A stretch of DNA of 61,914 bases, taken from NCBI GenBank assembly GCA_024275995.1, contig JAJRYB010000022.1, forward strand, positions 1 to 61,914. Direction: 5' to 3'. Position 1 is the first letter of the stretch. The number at the start of each line of letters is the position of its first letter. A program made the translations under genes and the position numbers. The stretch is from Planctomycetota bacterium (GTDB lineage: Bacteria; Planctomycetota; Phycisphaerae; SM23-33). The notes under the pieces are model-generated. The model made no database searches. It was not told the DNA's origin and was given only the letters and a program-made list of their open reading frames with translations. Shown here piece by piece: positions 1 through 10,420 of the stretch.

Positions 1-2
1 AC

Positions 3-785
3 CTGTCCCTGGGGATCGATCCCGACCGCAGCGTATTTTTCCTGCAATCGGACGTCCCGCAGGTAACGGAGCTATGCTGGATCCTCAACACGGTCTGCCC
101 GGTGAGCCTGATGCTCAAAGGCACCAGCTACAAGGACAAGGTCGCCCGCGGGCTTCCGGCGAACATGGGGCTTCTGGATTACCCGGTTCTCCAGGCGTCC
201 GATATCGTAATCTACGACGCCGAGGTGGTGCCCGTCGGGCAGGACCAGAAGCAGCACATCGAGATGACGCGCGATATCGCGGGAAAGCTCAACCGCGTCT
301 GCGGCAAGGACGTCCTGGTGCTGCCGGAGGCGTACATCGTTCCGGAGGTCGCCGTAGTTCCGGGGATCGACGGGCAGAAGATGTCCAAGAGCTACGATAA
401 CACCATTGAGATATTCCAGACGCCAAAGCAGACGAAAAAACGCTGCGCACGGATCGTGACCGACTCGACGCCGCTGGAAGAGTCCAAGAACCCCGCCCGG
501 TGCAACGTACTGGCGATGCTGAAGCTCTTTGCGTCCGAAACGGAGATGGAAGAAATCGCCGGGAAATATCGCGCGGGCGGTTTCGGCTACGGGCACGCGA
601 AAAACCGGCTGGCCGAGCTTATCAACGAGACATTCTCCGACGCGCGGGATCGGTACGCCGAGTTGGAAAAGTCGCCGGACACGGTTCGCGACATACTTCG
701 CGCCGGCGGGCGCAAGGCGCGCGAGACGGCCGAGGCCACCATGCACCGCGTTCGCGAGGCGACGGGGATCGTCAAGACTTTCTGA
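3..785 (+). CDS. trpS: Tryptophan--tRNA ligase (5'-truncated by window edge)
   Basis: Frame is open from position 3 (LSLGIDPDRSVFFLQSDVPQVTELCWIL...); contains YPVLQASDI, VPVGQDQKQHIE and the class I KMSKS motif. Confidence 0.95.
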   Translation: MSLGIDPDRSVFFLQSDVPQVTELCWILNTVCPVSLMLKGTSYKDKVARGLPANMGLLDYPVLQASDIVIYDAEVVPVGQDQKQHIEMTRDIAGKLNRVCGKDVLVLPEAYIVPEVAVVPGIDGQKMSKSYDNTIEIFQTPKQTKKRCARIVTDSTPLEESKNPARCNVLAMLKLFASETEMEEIAGKYRAGGFGYGHAKNRLAELINETFSDARDRYAELEKSPDTVRDILRAGGRKARETAEATMHRVREATGIVKTF

Positions 786-809
786 CACCCCTTTTTCGAC
801 AGGTCCCAC

Positions 810-1649
810 ATGAACGATCAATACCGCGTCAACCTGGACATCTATAACGGACCGCTCGATCTGCTGCTGTACCTGATCCGTCGGGACGAGGTGGAGATCT
901 ACGACATCCCCATCGCCGGGATCACGGAACAGTACCTCAAGTACGTCGAGCTGCTGAAAGGCATGGATCCGAACCTCGCCGGCGAATTCATGGTGCTGGC
1001 CGCGACGCTGCTGGAAATCAAGACGCGAATGCTCCTGCCCAGGACCGCTCCGGAAGAACAGGGCGCCGAGGACCTCGAGATCGATCCCCGCGCCGATCTC
1101 GTCCGCCAGCTTCTGGAATACAAGGCGTTCAAGGACGCCGCCGGCGACCTGCGCAGCGCCGCGGACCAGCGCGCCATGCGATTCGGACGCCGACCCGCCC
1201 AGGCCGAGCCGCAGGAAAAGCAGCTCGACCTGGAAGACGTGCAGATATGGGACCTGTTCGACGCCTTCAGCGGGATCATGGAGGCGGTAGGACGGCAGGT
1301 AACCGAGCACGAGGTCATCTACGACGACACGCCGATCGAACTGTACGCCACGGACCTGCTCGACCGCCTTCGTCGCGACGGTGCGCTGACGTTCCGGCAG
1401 GTCTTCCAAGGCAGAGCCAGTCGCGGCGAGCTGGTCGGACTGTTCCTGGCGATGCTGGAACTGATCAAGCAAAGTCTCGTCCTGGTTTCGCAGGAACGGA
1501 ATTTCGACGAGATACTTCTTCGCCTCAACCCATCCCCTCCGGAAACGCCGGAGACAAAAAATACCGAGGCTGAATCCGGCGCGTACGTATCCGATTCCTC
1601 GACGGACGCGGAAGGTAATGGAGACGACGCCGAGACGGCGGGAGCCTGA
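810..1649 (+). CDS. scpA: Segregation and condensation protein A (kleisin)
   Basis: YNGPLDLLLYLIRRDEVEIYDIPI N-terminal motif; FLAMLELIK C-terminal winged-helix motif. Confidence 0.93.
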   Translation: MNDQYRVNLDIYNGPLDLLLYLIRRDEVEIYDIPIAGITEQYLKYVELLKGMDPNLAGEFMVLAATLLEIKTRMLLPRTAPEEQGAEDLEIDPRADLVRQLLEYKAFKDAAGDLRSAADQRAMRFGRRPAQAEPQEKQLDLEDVQIWDLFDAFSGIMEAVGRQVTEHEVIYDDTPIELYATDLLDRLRRDGALTFRQVFQGRASRGELVGLFLAMLELIKQSLVLVSQERNFDEILLRLNPSPPETPETKNTEAESGAYVSDSSTDAEGNGDDAETAGA

Positions 1650-1659
1650 GATTTCCCCG

Positions 1660-2538
1660 TTACGGAACCGCGGTCGCACCCGGCTGCGCCGGAGCGGAGG
1701 AGGGTTGTCTGATATCCAGCCCCAGGACGTGAGTGTCGCTCTTGAGCTTCGGTTCGGTCCCCGCGGGGCGCCCGCGGGAAGCGTCGGGGGTCGCGGGAAT
1801 GGTAAACTTCACCGGGCGCGCGTATCCGCTGGACGTAACGCGAACGCTCAATTCGGGATAGTACTCGACGCCGATCTTTCGCCATCCATCAGGCGTGGTC
1901 CGCTCCCGCCGGAGAACCTTCTCCTGGTTGGCGAGCTTCTCCCACCCGCCGAACTTGTGCTCGAAGTACCACAGTTCGACGCGCCAGATGATCGTCCCCT
2001 GCGAGGAATGGAACCCGCGCGTTCGCATGAGTTCGATCAGCATCGTCGCCCTTCGCCCGTGCCCGTGGATGTAGAGCACGCGCTTTTCCTCCATGAAGTC
2101 CTTCATGTCCCGCACGAATTTCTGAAGCTCCCTGACGTCGTCGTCGCCGAACTTGTGCGACCGCTCCGGGGGGAGTTTCAACTCCCTGCGGCGTTTGACG
2201 GCCAATCGCAGCAATCGCGCGTCCGGCGGGGAGAGGTCTATCCCTTCGATCGTCCTGCCGTCCGACGTCCAGACGCCCAGATCATAGACGGCGTCACCCG
2301 GCAACGATTTGAAGACGAACTTCCCCGTTTTCTTATCGAAGCTCGTCGGCGAGTATGCTTTTCCGGTTTCCCGCGAAACGGCGAACATGCGGCTGATGCT
2401 TTTCGCGGGCAGAATGGTCCCCGTAACCTCGCCGCTTCGAGGCGTCGAAGCGGCCGGTACATCCTCTTTCAAATCGACCGCGCCGCCCGGTCCACCCGTC
2501 AGCAGGACCGCGCACAGGATTCGAGCAAAGAACGACAT
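1660..2538 (-). CDS. Hypothetical exported protein
   Basis: Fills the gap between scpA and the divergent operon; ATG at 2538 begins a signal-peptide-like MSFFARILCAVLLTGG. The ORF track starts at 2619. Confidence 0.65.
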   Translation of the reverse strand: MSFFARILCAVLLTGGPGGAVDLKEDVPAASTPRSGEVTGTILPAKSISRMFAVSRETGKAYSPTSFDKKTGKFVFKSLPGDAVYDLGVWTSDGRTIEGIDLSPPDARLLRLAVKRRRELKLPPERSHKFGDDDVRELQKFVRDMKDFMEEKRVLYIHGHGRRATMLIELMRTRGFHSSQGTIIWRVELWYFEHKFGGWEKLANQEKVLRRERTTPDGWRKIGVEYYPELSVRVTSSGYARPVKFTIPATPDASRGRPAGTEPKLKSDTHVLGLDIRQPSSAPAQPGATAVP

Positions 2539-2659
2539 AGGCGTTTCTCCGAACCAGCCAGCCGGTTTTGAGACGATTGAACACTTGCTACCGCAAGTAG
2601 CATCATTATACTTGTCCACTCCGGTTTATGTCTACATACCCAACACCATGGATTCAGGC

Positions 2660-5272
2660 ATGACTTTACGATCATCTTACATGGCGTGTGCGACGGCGCT
2701 GATCGGGGCCGTACTTTTCGGGGGAACTCAATCAAGCGCACAAGCCCAACAAAAGGACGTGCGATTCCGCGGTGCGATCGGCGGAGCGTTTACGGCGTTC
2801 GACGCTCCCGGAAAGTGGAAGCAGTGGTCGATTTTCATCACCAACACGTCCGACAGGACGCGCACGGTCCGACCGACCTACATCGCCAGGGACGCATCCG
2901 GCGCACGAATGGAGTTCTACCGCACGATCGTCGTTCCACCGGGCAGCGTCCGGCAGGCCACCATCGCCAGCAAGGTTGGCATGATGGACCTGACCGGCAG
3001 GAAAATAGCCGGCATGGAGCAGATCGAGCGGACGATCGTACTGTGGGATGTGGAAAGTAATAAACAGATCGAGAAAAATTACGGGTTTTCCACAAGACTT
3101 AATCCACGGCAGACAACCGTCGCAATGCTGGATAACCGAAACTTCCAGGAACCAAATGACACCTCGCAATATTTAGGGAAAATGCTTTCGGCGCCGCTGG
3201 GCGATGTGCGACCGCTCGGGAGGGCGGGGAAAAATATCATACCCGGCAGGTGGTACGCCTATTCCGCCGTCAGCGTCCTTATTCTCAATGGGATCAGCCC
3301 GGACACTATCCGTCCGGATCAGATGGAAGCGGTTCTCAACTGGGTCCGTCGCGGCGGTCTGCTGGTCGTCGCCGGATCGATAAACCTGCCGGACATGCTC
3401 GACGGAGAGCTTGGAAGGGCCTGCGGCGTGGTGGCTACGGGCGTGCATCGCGTCTCGTCGCTGCGCGTGAACAAACCCGGCAAAAAAAGTGGCGCCGCCG
3501 TAGAGTTGAAGCACCCGTTTTCGATGGCGGAGTTGTACCCCACCACGGCAAGCGTGCTTTACGAGGCGAACGGGCTGCCGCTGCTGACATTCCAGCCGTT
3601 CGGGCATGGGCGAATTTTCACGCTGGCAGTGCCTGTGGGCGCTTTGCAGGACAAGTCGCTCCACGCGCTGTGGGGGGACATCCGCTCGATGCGAACGGAG
3701 CCGCCCGCAATTGACGACGACGCTTTCGCGGTATACAGCAAAAATACGCTGGACAATATCGCCGGGCGCAGGGCGCCGTCGCGAGCGGTCCCGTTGACGA
3801 TCCTCGGCATCCTTGCCGGCGCGGTCGTCCTGGGCGGATTACTGCTGCGCCTGCGACGCGAATCGGCGGGGGAAGACAATATCGCCCCGAAGTTTTCCAG
3901 AATCGGCGGCAGGGGCGAGCTGCTGTGGGTGATGCTCGTACCGGCGTGCCTGCTGCTTTCGCTGGGAATCTACGTCTACGCCCGCTCGCAGACCGCGGCC
4001 GAGCGGCTCAGCTACGTCGGCCTTTTGACCAGCCTCGACGGTAAATGGACGCGCGTCCAGCAGGCTTTCGCGTATTCCGCGGGGCCTTCACCACGGGAAA
4101 TAACGTTTACCGCCGGGGACCCGCGCGGCGTCATTCAGGATATCGGAGAGCAAAGCTCCGGCGTGCTTTCGACGAGAATCCTGGAAACCGCAAAGAGCCT
4201 GCAGGTGCCGAACCAGCTCGTCGAGAGCGACGGTTCGCGCGCGTTCTACACGGATACCGTCATGGAGACCCAGGGAATCTCCGGATACCTGAGCTTCGGA
4301 CCCGATGGTGCCCTGAACCGTCTGCGCAACGACCTGCCCGTGGATCTCAGGGACGCCGTGCTCTACCTCAACGGACGGACGTACAGTGTCGGAACGCTCC
4401 ACGCCGGACGCGTCGCGGATACTTTCATCGCCGCGAAGGACCTGCTGGGCAAGGTAGAGTTCGTGGACGTCGAAAGCCCCCGCAAACGGCGTACGGCACA
4501 ACAGACAAAGACAGCCCGGAAGCGCAGTACCTCTGCGCAACGGCGAACCGGGCTGCGAAGGATGCGAAGAAAGACCGTCCGGGGCGAGTTCACCGCTTCG
4601 TTCGTGCATACCACTACGGACACGATCCGAAACCGCCTGCTACGCGACATTCTCAACCGTCCCGGCCTGAATGCCCCGGCTAGATCGCAACCCGTTCTGA
4701 TCGGTTACGCTCAATACACGCCGATCAGTCCCATCGACGATCGGAACGTCAAGGGCAAAGGATGGTCCGTGGTGGTCTGGCCGGTGCGCATGATTCCCCC
4801 CGCCAAAGGGTCCGAGGTATCCATACCGTCCGGTTTCGTTACGCTGGATTTCCGGCACCGTGGCGCAGTGATATGGGACGTCATCAACAGGCAGTTCAAT
4901 ATCGCCGCTCGCCCCGGAAGCGTGGTGGTCCTCGCCAGACCGCCGAAGGTCATCTCCTCGTTGGAGAAGGTGACGGCGAAGATCGAGATCAGGATGCAGG
5001 CGAGCGGGTATCGGCTCACGGTTCTCGGCGGCGGAACGGTGGGACGCGACGGTGGAACGCGGGTACCGGAAGTAGTATTGACCGAAACGACCAACCCCTC
5101 CAGCGTATCGGTTGAAGTTCCCGACGCCGATCGATTCCGCACGCCAGACGGGGCCTACGTGTTCACGCTGAAGGTGGAGAAATCCGACACATACGCCTCC
5201 GACGCCCCGGGCAGCGCCATGTGGAAAATCGATACCATAGACGTTGCGCTGAAAGGGGTTTTTGACCGGTGA
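2660..5272 (+). CDS. Large membrane-anchored hypothetical protein with class I glutamine-amidotransferase-like domain; first gene of an ABC operon
   Basis: Signal peptide (ACATALIGAVLFGGTQSSAQA), the GATase-like segment QMEAVLNWVRRGGLLVVAG, and two central TM helices. Start chosen at 2660 (alternative 2648). Confidence 0.7.
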   Translation: MTLRSSYMACATALIGAVLFGGTQSSAQAQQKDVRFRGAIGGAFTAFDAPGKWKQWSIFITNTSDRTRTVRPTYIARDASGARMEFYRTIVVPPGSVRQATIASKVGMMDLTGRKIAGMEQIERTIVLWDVESNKQIEKNYGFSTRLNPRQTTVAMLDNRNFQEPNDTSQYLGKMLSAPLGDVRPLGRAGKNIIPGRWYAYSAVSVLILNGISPDTIRPDQMEAVLNWVRRGGLLVVAGSINLPDMLDGELGRACGVVATGVHRVSSLRVNKPGKKSGAAVELKHPFSMAELYPTTASVLYEANGLPLLTFQPFGHGRIFTLAVPVGALQDKSLHALWGDIRSMRTEPPAIDDDAFAVYSKNTLDNIAGRRAPSRAVPLTILGILAGAVVLGGLLLRLRRESAGEDNIAPKFSRIGGRGELLWVMLVPACLLLSLGIYVYARSQTAAERLSYVGLLTSLDGKWTRVQQAFAYSAGPSPREITFTAGDPRGVIQDIGEQSSGVLSTRILETAKSLQVPNQLVESDGSRAFYTDTVMETQGISGYLSFGPDGALNRLRNDLPVDLRDAVLYLNGRTYSVGTLHAGRVADTFIAAKDLLGKVEFVDVESPRKRRTAQQTKTARKRSTSAQRRTGLRRMRRKTVRGEFTASFVHTTTDTIRNRLLRDILNRPGLNAPARSQPVLIGYAQYTPISPIDDRNVKGKGWSVVVWPVRMIPPAKGSEVSIPSGFVTLDFRHRGAVIWDVINRQFNIAARPGSVVVLARPPKVISSLEKVTAKIEIRMQASGYRLTVLGGGTVGRDGGTRVPEVVLTETTNPSSVSVEVPDADRFRTPDGAYVFTLKVEKSDTYASDAPGSAMWKIDTIDVALKGVFDR

Positions 5273-5342
5273 GAGGCAAGGCACAGAACGGCGCCATGCG
5301 GAAGTTCGAGGCCATGGGCATCGCAGTGAAAGGGTTTAAGCG

Positions 5343-6356
5343 GTGAGAGATAACGGTGAGATTCTTGTTCGATGCGAAGGCTTGACCAAGGCTTACGACG
5401 AGATAACCGCCCTGGAGGACCTGAACCTTCAAATCCCGCGCGGACATATTTTCGGGTACATCGGTCACAACGGGGCAGGGAAAACGACGACGATCCGGAT
5501 TCTCGCCGGCCTGCTCACCGCGACGCGCGGGCGTGCGAGCATCGCGGGAATCGACGTTTCCTCCGGCGCACGGAAGATCAAGGCGCTCGTCGGATATCTC
5601 CCGGACAGCTTCGGCGTGTACGATCAGATGCGCGTGTGGGAGTACCTGGACTTTTTCGGGGCGGCATTCAAGATACCGAGGAAAAAACGCCGGGACCGGA
5701 TCGACTTCGTCCTGGACGTCACCAACGGCCAATACATGCGCGACCGGTTCGTGGACACGCTTTCCCGCGGAATGAAACAGCGCGTGGGTATCGCACGAAC
5801 GCTCATGCACGATCCGGAAGTGCTGCTGCTGGACGAACCGGCCAGCGGGCTTGACCCTCGCGCTCGAGTGCAGATGCGAAAACTGCTGCGACGATTGGCG
5901 GACGCCGGAAAAACTCTCCTGGTCAGCTCGCACATCCTTCCGGAGCTTGCAGCGGTCTGCGATTCCATCGGGATCATCGATCACGGACACCTCAAGGCCA
6001 GCGGGCCGATCCACACCGTTCTCAATGAAATCCAGCGCGACCGCCTGATGGAACTCAAGGTAAAAGACGGCCTGGACATCGCCGCAGAGACCATCCGCGA
6101 CGACGCGCACTGCGACAAACTGGACGATTCAGAAGCGGATACGGGTATCCTGAGATTCCGCTTCAGCGGCGACGACGAACGACTGGCGAAGCTGGTCGAA
6201 CTGCTGGCAGGACGAAACGTGAGAATCGTAACGATAAGGGAAATTCCGCTCAGCCTGGAAGACGCGTACATGTCCGTCAGCAGTATCGGTTCAGAGGATC
6301 CGGACGAAGAAATTTTAGAAGTCGACAGCGCCCCGGGCGATTCAAAGGTAGATTAA
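5343..6356 (+). CDS. ABC-2-type transporter ATP-binding protein
   Basis: Walker A GHNGAGKTT, signature LSRGMKQR, Walker B LLLDEP, H-loop SSHIL. Confidence 0.95.
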   Translation: MRDNGEILVRCEGLTKAYDEITALEDLNLQIPRGHIFGYIGHNGAGKTTTIRILAGLLTATRGRASIAGIDVSSGARKIKALVGYLPDSFGVYDQMRVWEYLDFFGAAFKIPRKKRRDRIDFVLDVTNGQYMRDRFVDTLSRGMKQRVGIARTLMHDPEVLLLDEPASGLDPRARVQMRKLLRRLADAGKTLLVSSHILPELAAVCDSIGIIDHGHLKASGPIHTVLNEIQRDRLMELKVKDGLDIAAETIRDDAHCDKLDDSEADTGILRFRFSGDDERLAKLVELLAGRNVRIVTIREIPLSLEDAYMSVSSIGSEDPDEEILEVDSAPGDSKVD

Positions 6357-8038
6357 TGATCCGCAACCCGATCATACACAGGGAGATCATATCGAGCCTC
6401 CGCACGCGAAAGGCGATCATCTTCCAGGTGATGTTCCTGGCGATGTCCGCGGGACTTCTCTGGCTGCTCTGGCCCGTCGGAGGTCTCCAGGCGATCGGAG
6501 GACAACAGGCAAAGCTCATCCTGAGCGTGCTTGCGATGGGAGAGGTGGTCCTCGTGGCGCTGTTCGCGCCGGCGTTCACGGCGGCGTCGCTTACTCTGGA
6601 ACGCGAACGCAATACGATGGAGACACTCTTCACCACGTTGATGCGCCCGTGGGAAATCGCCACGGGTAAAATGGTCGGATCGCTTACGTTCCTTCTGCTG
6701 CTGGTGCTCTGCGGAATCCCGGCGCTTTCGATGACGTTTCTGCTGGGCGGGGTCAGCGCTTCCCAGGTGCTCGCCATCGTCGGCGTTCTGCTGCTGACGG
6801 CGGTCTACCTGGGCATGATCGGGCTTCTGGTCAGCTCGTTCATGCACCGCAGCTACCGCGCCATAATCGTGACCTACGCGATACTCCTGTTTATCTGCCT
6901 GATCACCGCCCTGCCGGCCTGGCCGATCAGCGGAAACCTGATGTTCCGCGGAGATCTGGCGTGGCAGTGGATATTCCGCATCCTCGCGTCGCTCAGCCCG
7001 TTGCAGGCGATGCTGTCGATAGTCTTTCGCGACACCGTTTACTCCGGTCGGTCCGAAGTTTTCCCCGATATCTGGAAGTTGTACATCCCGATCAGTTCCG
7101 CTGTCATTGTGGTGACGGCAGCGGCTTGCATCTATCGCCTTCGGCGTCCGATCGCACCGCCGAGACCGCGCGAGAAACTCCGTGTTGTGGAACGCGGGCA
7201 ATTTTCCGCAAGGTCGGTCATGTTCATCGTCGATCCGCGAAAAAGAAAGCACATGATCCGATGGTGGCAGAACCCCGTCCTTCTGAAGGAGTTCCGCACG
7301 CGACCCATGCTCCAGGCGCAGTGGCTGCTCCGGTCCGTCTCGGTATGCCTGATCGTTTCGGTGCTGCTGATGTTCCTGGTGAGCTTCAGCATCCAGGCCT
7401 ACGCCGGCGAATCTCGCGACATGTTTACTCCGTTGGCGTCCGCGGTCGGCGCCCTGATGGTGGCGATGATCATCCTTGTCGGACCGGCGATAACCTCCGG
7501 AACGATCTGCTCCGATCGCGAAACCGACGTCTGGGACCTGCTCCGCATGACCAGGCTGTCGAGCTGGCGAATCGTGACGGGCAAGTTTCAGGCGTCGGTG
7601 ATCCCCCTGCTGCTGCTCGTGGTGGCGATGCTTCCCGCCCTGGGTATTCTTCTGTACTTCAACATGGGCCTGTTGCCCAATGTGTTGTGGGTGCTGGCCG
7701 TGGTCGGTATCACCGTGCTGTTCGTGGCGACGGTGGGAATGTTCTTCTCCGCGGTTTTCTCCAAAACGTCAACCGCCACGGCGTGGACGTATTCCGTCAT
7801 GCTTCTGCTGGGCCTGCTTACGCTGCTGGTGTTACTGGGCGAACAACTCTTCGCGGCGCGGTTCGTACGGGCGGTGTTCGTGGTCAACCCGATCGCCGCC
7901 GTTCTCGCAGCCGCGGGAAATCCGGACATGCAGCGAATGGAGATTGTCGTACCGTACGTCAAGATTATGAGTCTCGCCACGGCCGGAATGTTGTGCGTTA
8001 CGGTCGCAAGAGTATTTCAACTCCGCCGGGCGGGTTAG
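6356..8038 (+). CDS. ABC-2-type permease with two tandem permease domains
   Basis: About 12 TM helices; two homologous halves beginning NPIIHREI and NPVLLKEF; TAATG overlap with the ATPase gene. Confidence 0.88.
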   Translation: MIRNPIIHREIISSLRTRKAIIFQVMFLAMSAGLLWLLWPVGGLQAIGGQQAKLILSVLAMGEVVLVALFAPAFTAASLTLERERNTMETLFTTLMRPWEIATGKMVGSLTFLLLLVLCGIPALSMTFLLGGVSASQVLAIVGVLLLTAVYLGMIGLLVSSFMHRSYRAIIVTYAILLFICLITALPAWPISGNLMFRGDLAWQWIFRILASLSPLQAMLSIVFRDTVYSGRSEVFPDIWKLYIPISSAVIVVTAAACIYRLRRPIAPPRPREKLRVVERGQFSARSVMFIVDPRKRKHMIRWWQNPVLLKEFRTRPMLQAQWLLRSVSVCLIVSVLLMFLVSFSIQAYAGESRDMFTPLASAVGALMVAMIILVGPAITSGTICSDRETDVWDLLRMTRLSSWRIVTGKFQASVIPLLLLVVAMLPALGILLYFNMGLLPNVLWVLAVVGITVLFVATVGMFFSAVFSKTSTATAWTYSVMLLLGLLTLLVLLGEQLFAARFVRAVFVVNPIAAVLAAAGNPDMQRMEIVVPYVKIMSLATAGMLCVTVARVFQLRRAG

Positions 8039-8048
8039 GGAGCGACGA

Positions 8049-9842
8049 GTGAGAGCGGTATTTTCGATATTGTCACTGGTTCTGATCGCCGGCGTCGCCG
8101 GCGCCCAGGTTCGGCTGGAAGGCTGGCGATACACATCCGACGGACGTCTTAAGGAACCACGCCTTTCCGAACCCGTCCTGAAAAAGTCGACCTTCGGGGA
8201 CGCCGAAAACATTCGCCTGCTCGCCGCACTGGGCAAAGACGACGATCCCGCCGTGCGATCGCAGGCGGCCTGGAACCTTGGCGAAACTCATAATCCCGGC
8301 GCGCTGCCCTACATTCGCTCCGCGTCGAAAGACCCCAGCGCGATGGTCCGCGGATCGGCTGTGGGTGCGGCAGAAGCCATCGGAACCGTCCCCGCCGCGA
8401 AAATCGTTATCGACGCGCTGGGCGATTCCGACCGGACGGTTCTTCTGCGGGCGATTCGCTCTGCCGGCAGGATGCGACTTGCCGCAGCGCGGAAACAACT
8501 GTCGGCGCTTCTTGCCCGCGACGATGCGGTTCTCCGGGCGACGGCGCTGAGGACTCTTACGGACATGGGCGCCCCCGCCGGCGCGGATGTGCTTGCAACG
8601 CTGCTGGTGAACGATTCTCCGGTTGTTCGTCTCCGGGCAATCGAAAACGCCGCCCTGCTCGACCGGCCCGGCGCTCTCGGGAAGCCGCTTGTCGAACTCG
8701 CGGAAAAAGGACCTCCGTCGCAGCGGGCGGCCGCCATCGTTACCCTCGGAAAACTCGCGTTTGAATCGGCTTCCGATCTGATCCGAGCGGCGGAGAAGGA
8801 TAAAAACCCTCTGCTGCGCAGCGCGGCGGTTCTCGCTTACGCCCACGGTGGAAAAGGCGAAAAACTCCTGGCGCTCCTGTCGGACGAATCGCCGATGGTT
8901 CGCCTGGCGGCGATTCGTGCGGCCGGACAACTCAAACAGGCCGATTGCGCCGCACGACTGTTCGAGATCATGCTCGCGACCCCGCTGGACGACGAAACCG
9001 CGCGATTCATTCTTCCGTTCCGTGTGGATATCGCCGCTCGCGACAGCCTCGCGAAGATCGGAACGAAGGAAGTGGAGAAGCGCTCAGCCGGCCTGCTCAA
9101 GGCTTTCGTCGGCGAAGCCAATTCCCCAGCCGTCACTATCAACTCGCGAAACGCGCGGATGTGCGCGTGGATACTCGGCGAATTGAAAAGCTCCGAGGGA
9201 TACGACACGTTGGTCTCGCTGGCGGGAACCCTGAAGCTGGACTCCGACGCGCTTCCGGAGATAGTGCGGGCCATCGGAAAAATCGGACGCGGCGACGAGA
9301 AGACCCTCGGCGTCCTGAATGCCAGGCTCGAACGGTCGCGCGTACAAGGCATACGGTATCTTGTGAGTCTGCAAAACCCCTTTTCGCCTTACGTCGAGTT
9401 CAGCGAAAAGACGACGGTGGAATTGATTACCGCCCTGGGCCGATTGAAATACACCCGCGCCGTTCCGCTGATCCAAAAGATCGTCCTGATCGACGTGAGG
9501 AAAACGCACCTTAACAGCGCCGTCGCGGCGGCGGGCGAAGCGCTTGCGTCCCTCGCCACGGTAGAGAACCGCGCCGCCATCGAAGCTACGATTAACAAGG
9601 TGCTTTCGACCAAGAGCTATGCCCTGATCGCCGTCTTCGAGATGTCCAGGGCGGCGGGGAAACTGAAAGCTCGCGGCACGCTGGACGCACTGAGGGACAT
9701 TCTCACCGTTCGCCGGCCTGAGAAACGCGTGATCGTCGCGGCGGCGTGGGCAATCCAGGAAATCCTGGGCGAAACGCCGACACTGACGGACCCCCGCCCG
9801 CACGAGGGGAAACACTGGATCATCCGCACCACGCGGCGATAG
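8049..9842 (+). CDS. Exported HEAT/PBS-lyase repeat protein
   Basis: Signal peptide ending AGA-Q; repeated D..P.VR..AA..LG units. Confidence 0.85.
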   Translation: MRAVFSILSLVLIAGVAGAQVRLEGWRYTSDGRLKEPRLSEPVLKKSTFGDAENIRLLAALGKDDDPAVRSQAAWNLGETHNPGALPYIRSASKDPSAMVRGSAVGAAEAIGTVPAAKIVIDALGDSDRTVLLRAIRSAGRMRLAAARKQLSALLARDDAVLRATALRTLTDMGAPAGADVLATLLVNDSPVVRLRAIENAALLDRPGALGKPLVELAEKGPPSQRAAAIVTLGKLAFESASDLIRAAEKDKNPLLRSAAVLAYAHGGKGEKLLALLSDESPMVRLAAIRAAGQLKQADCAARLFEIMLATPLDDETARFILPFRVDIAARDSLAKIGTKEVEKRSAGLLKAFVGEANSPAVTINSRNARMCAWILGELKSSEGYDTLVSLAGTLKLDSDALPEIVRAIGKIGRGDEKTLGVLNARLERSRVQGIRYLVSLQNPFSPYVEFSEKTTVELITALGRLKYTRAVPLIQKIVLIDVRKTHLNSAVAAAGEALASLATVENRAAIEATINKVLSTKSYALIAVFEMSRAAGKLKARGTLDALRDILTVRRPEKRVIVAAAWAIQEILGETPTLTDPRPHEGKHWIIRTTRR

Positions 9843-9866
9843 GAACCACACAGAACCACACGAAAA

Positions 9867-10409
9867 CTACCTGCCGCGAATCCGCTCGCGAGCGTCCGCC
9901 TCGGCATATGCACCGAGGATTTTACCCCAGTACACGCGATGGTAGTCGCCGTCCACGTATGCCCCGGAAAGTATTTCGTCGGCCAGGCGATCCGGAAGCA
10001 CCTCGGAGCTGTGGACCACCTGGCATTCGTATACGATCGGACACTCGGCGACGATGGGAGCAAGTACCGAGGGCGCACGCTCGGCCGTCAGGTTGCACTC
10101 GGCGAACTTGTCCACGTCGCGCCCGCTTCTGCTGCCGCACGTCGTTGCGCAGTACCCGGCTATATCCTCCGACGGAACGTTCACCGTGAAGCACGCGCTG
10201 TGCTCGATGCATCGGTAGGTATACCGGCTGGGACGAACCAGCACCGTCCAGACCGGTATTCCCCAGATCGTCCCTATCGAGCCCCACCCTATCGTCATGA
10301 TATTCGCTTTTCCGGCTGCGTCGTAGCTCCCCAGAAGTAACCCGGGAGAGTTCAACGTCTCCATGACGATATCGAAGTTAGCGTTGAAGTTCATTTTCCG
10401 CCTTGCCAT
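9867..10409 (-). CDS. Flavin reductase-like (flavoredoxin) family protein
   Basis: ANIMTIGWG, VRPSRYT, CGSRSGRDVDKF, APIVAECP and DYHRVYWG motifs. Confidence 0.85.
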   Translation of the reverse strand: MARRKMNFNANFDIVMETLNSPGLLLGSYDAAGKANIMTIGWGSIGTIWGIPVWTVLVRPSRYTYRCIEHSACFTVNVPSEDIAGYCATTCGSRSGRDVDKFAECNLTAERAPSVLAPIVAECPIVYECQVVHSSEVLPDRLADEILSGAYVDGDYHRVYWGKILGAYAEADARERIRGR

Positions 10410-10420
10410 CGTCAGGTCTC

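Noticed and set aside
72-1679. Long antisense or alternate-frame ORFs (e.g. 72-1679, 20721-23183, 33644-35344, 40713-42503)
   Set aside because: They shadow well-supported genes, have no motifs, and are expected in high-GC DNA.
9843-9866. GAACCACACA GAACCACACG short tandem duplication between convergent genes
   Set aside because: Only two 10-bp units; not enough to support a feature.
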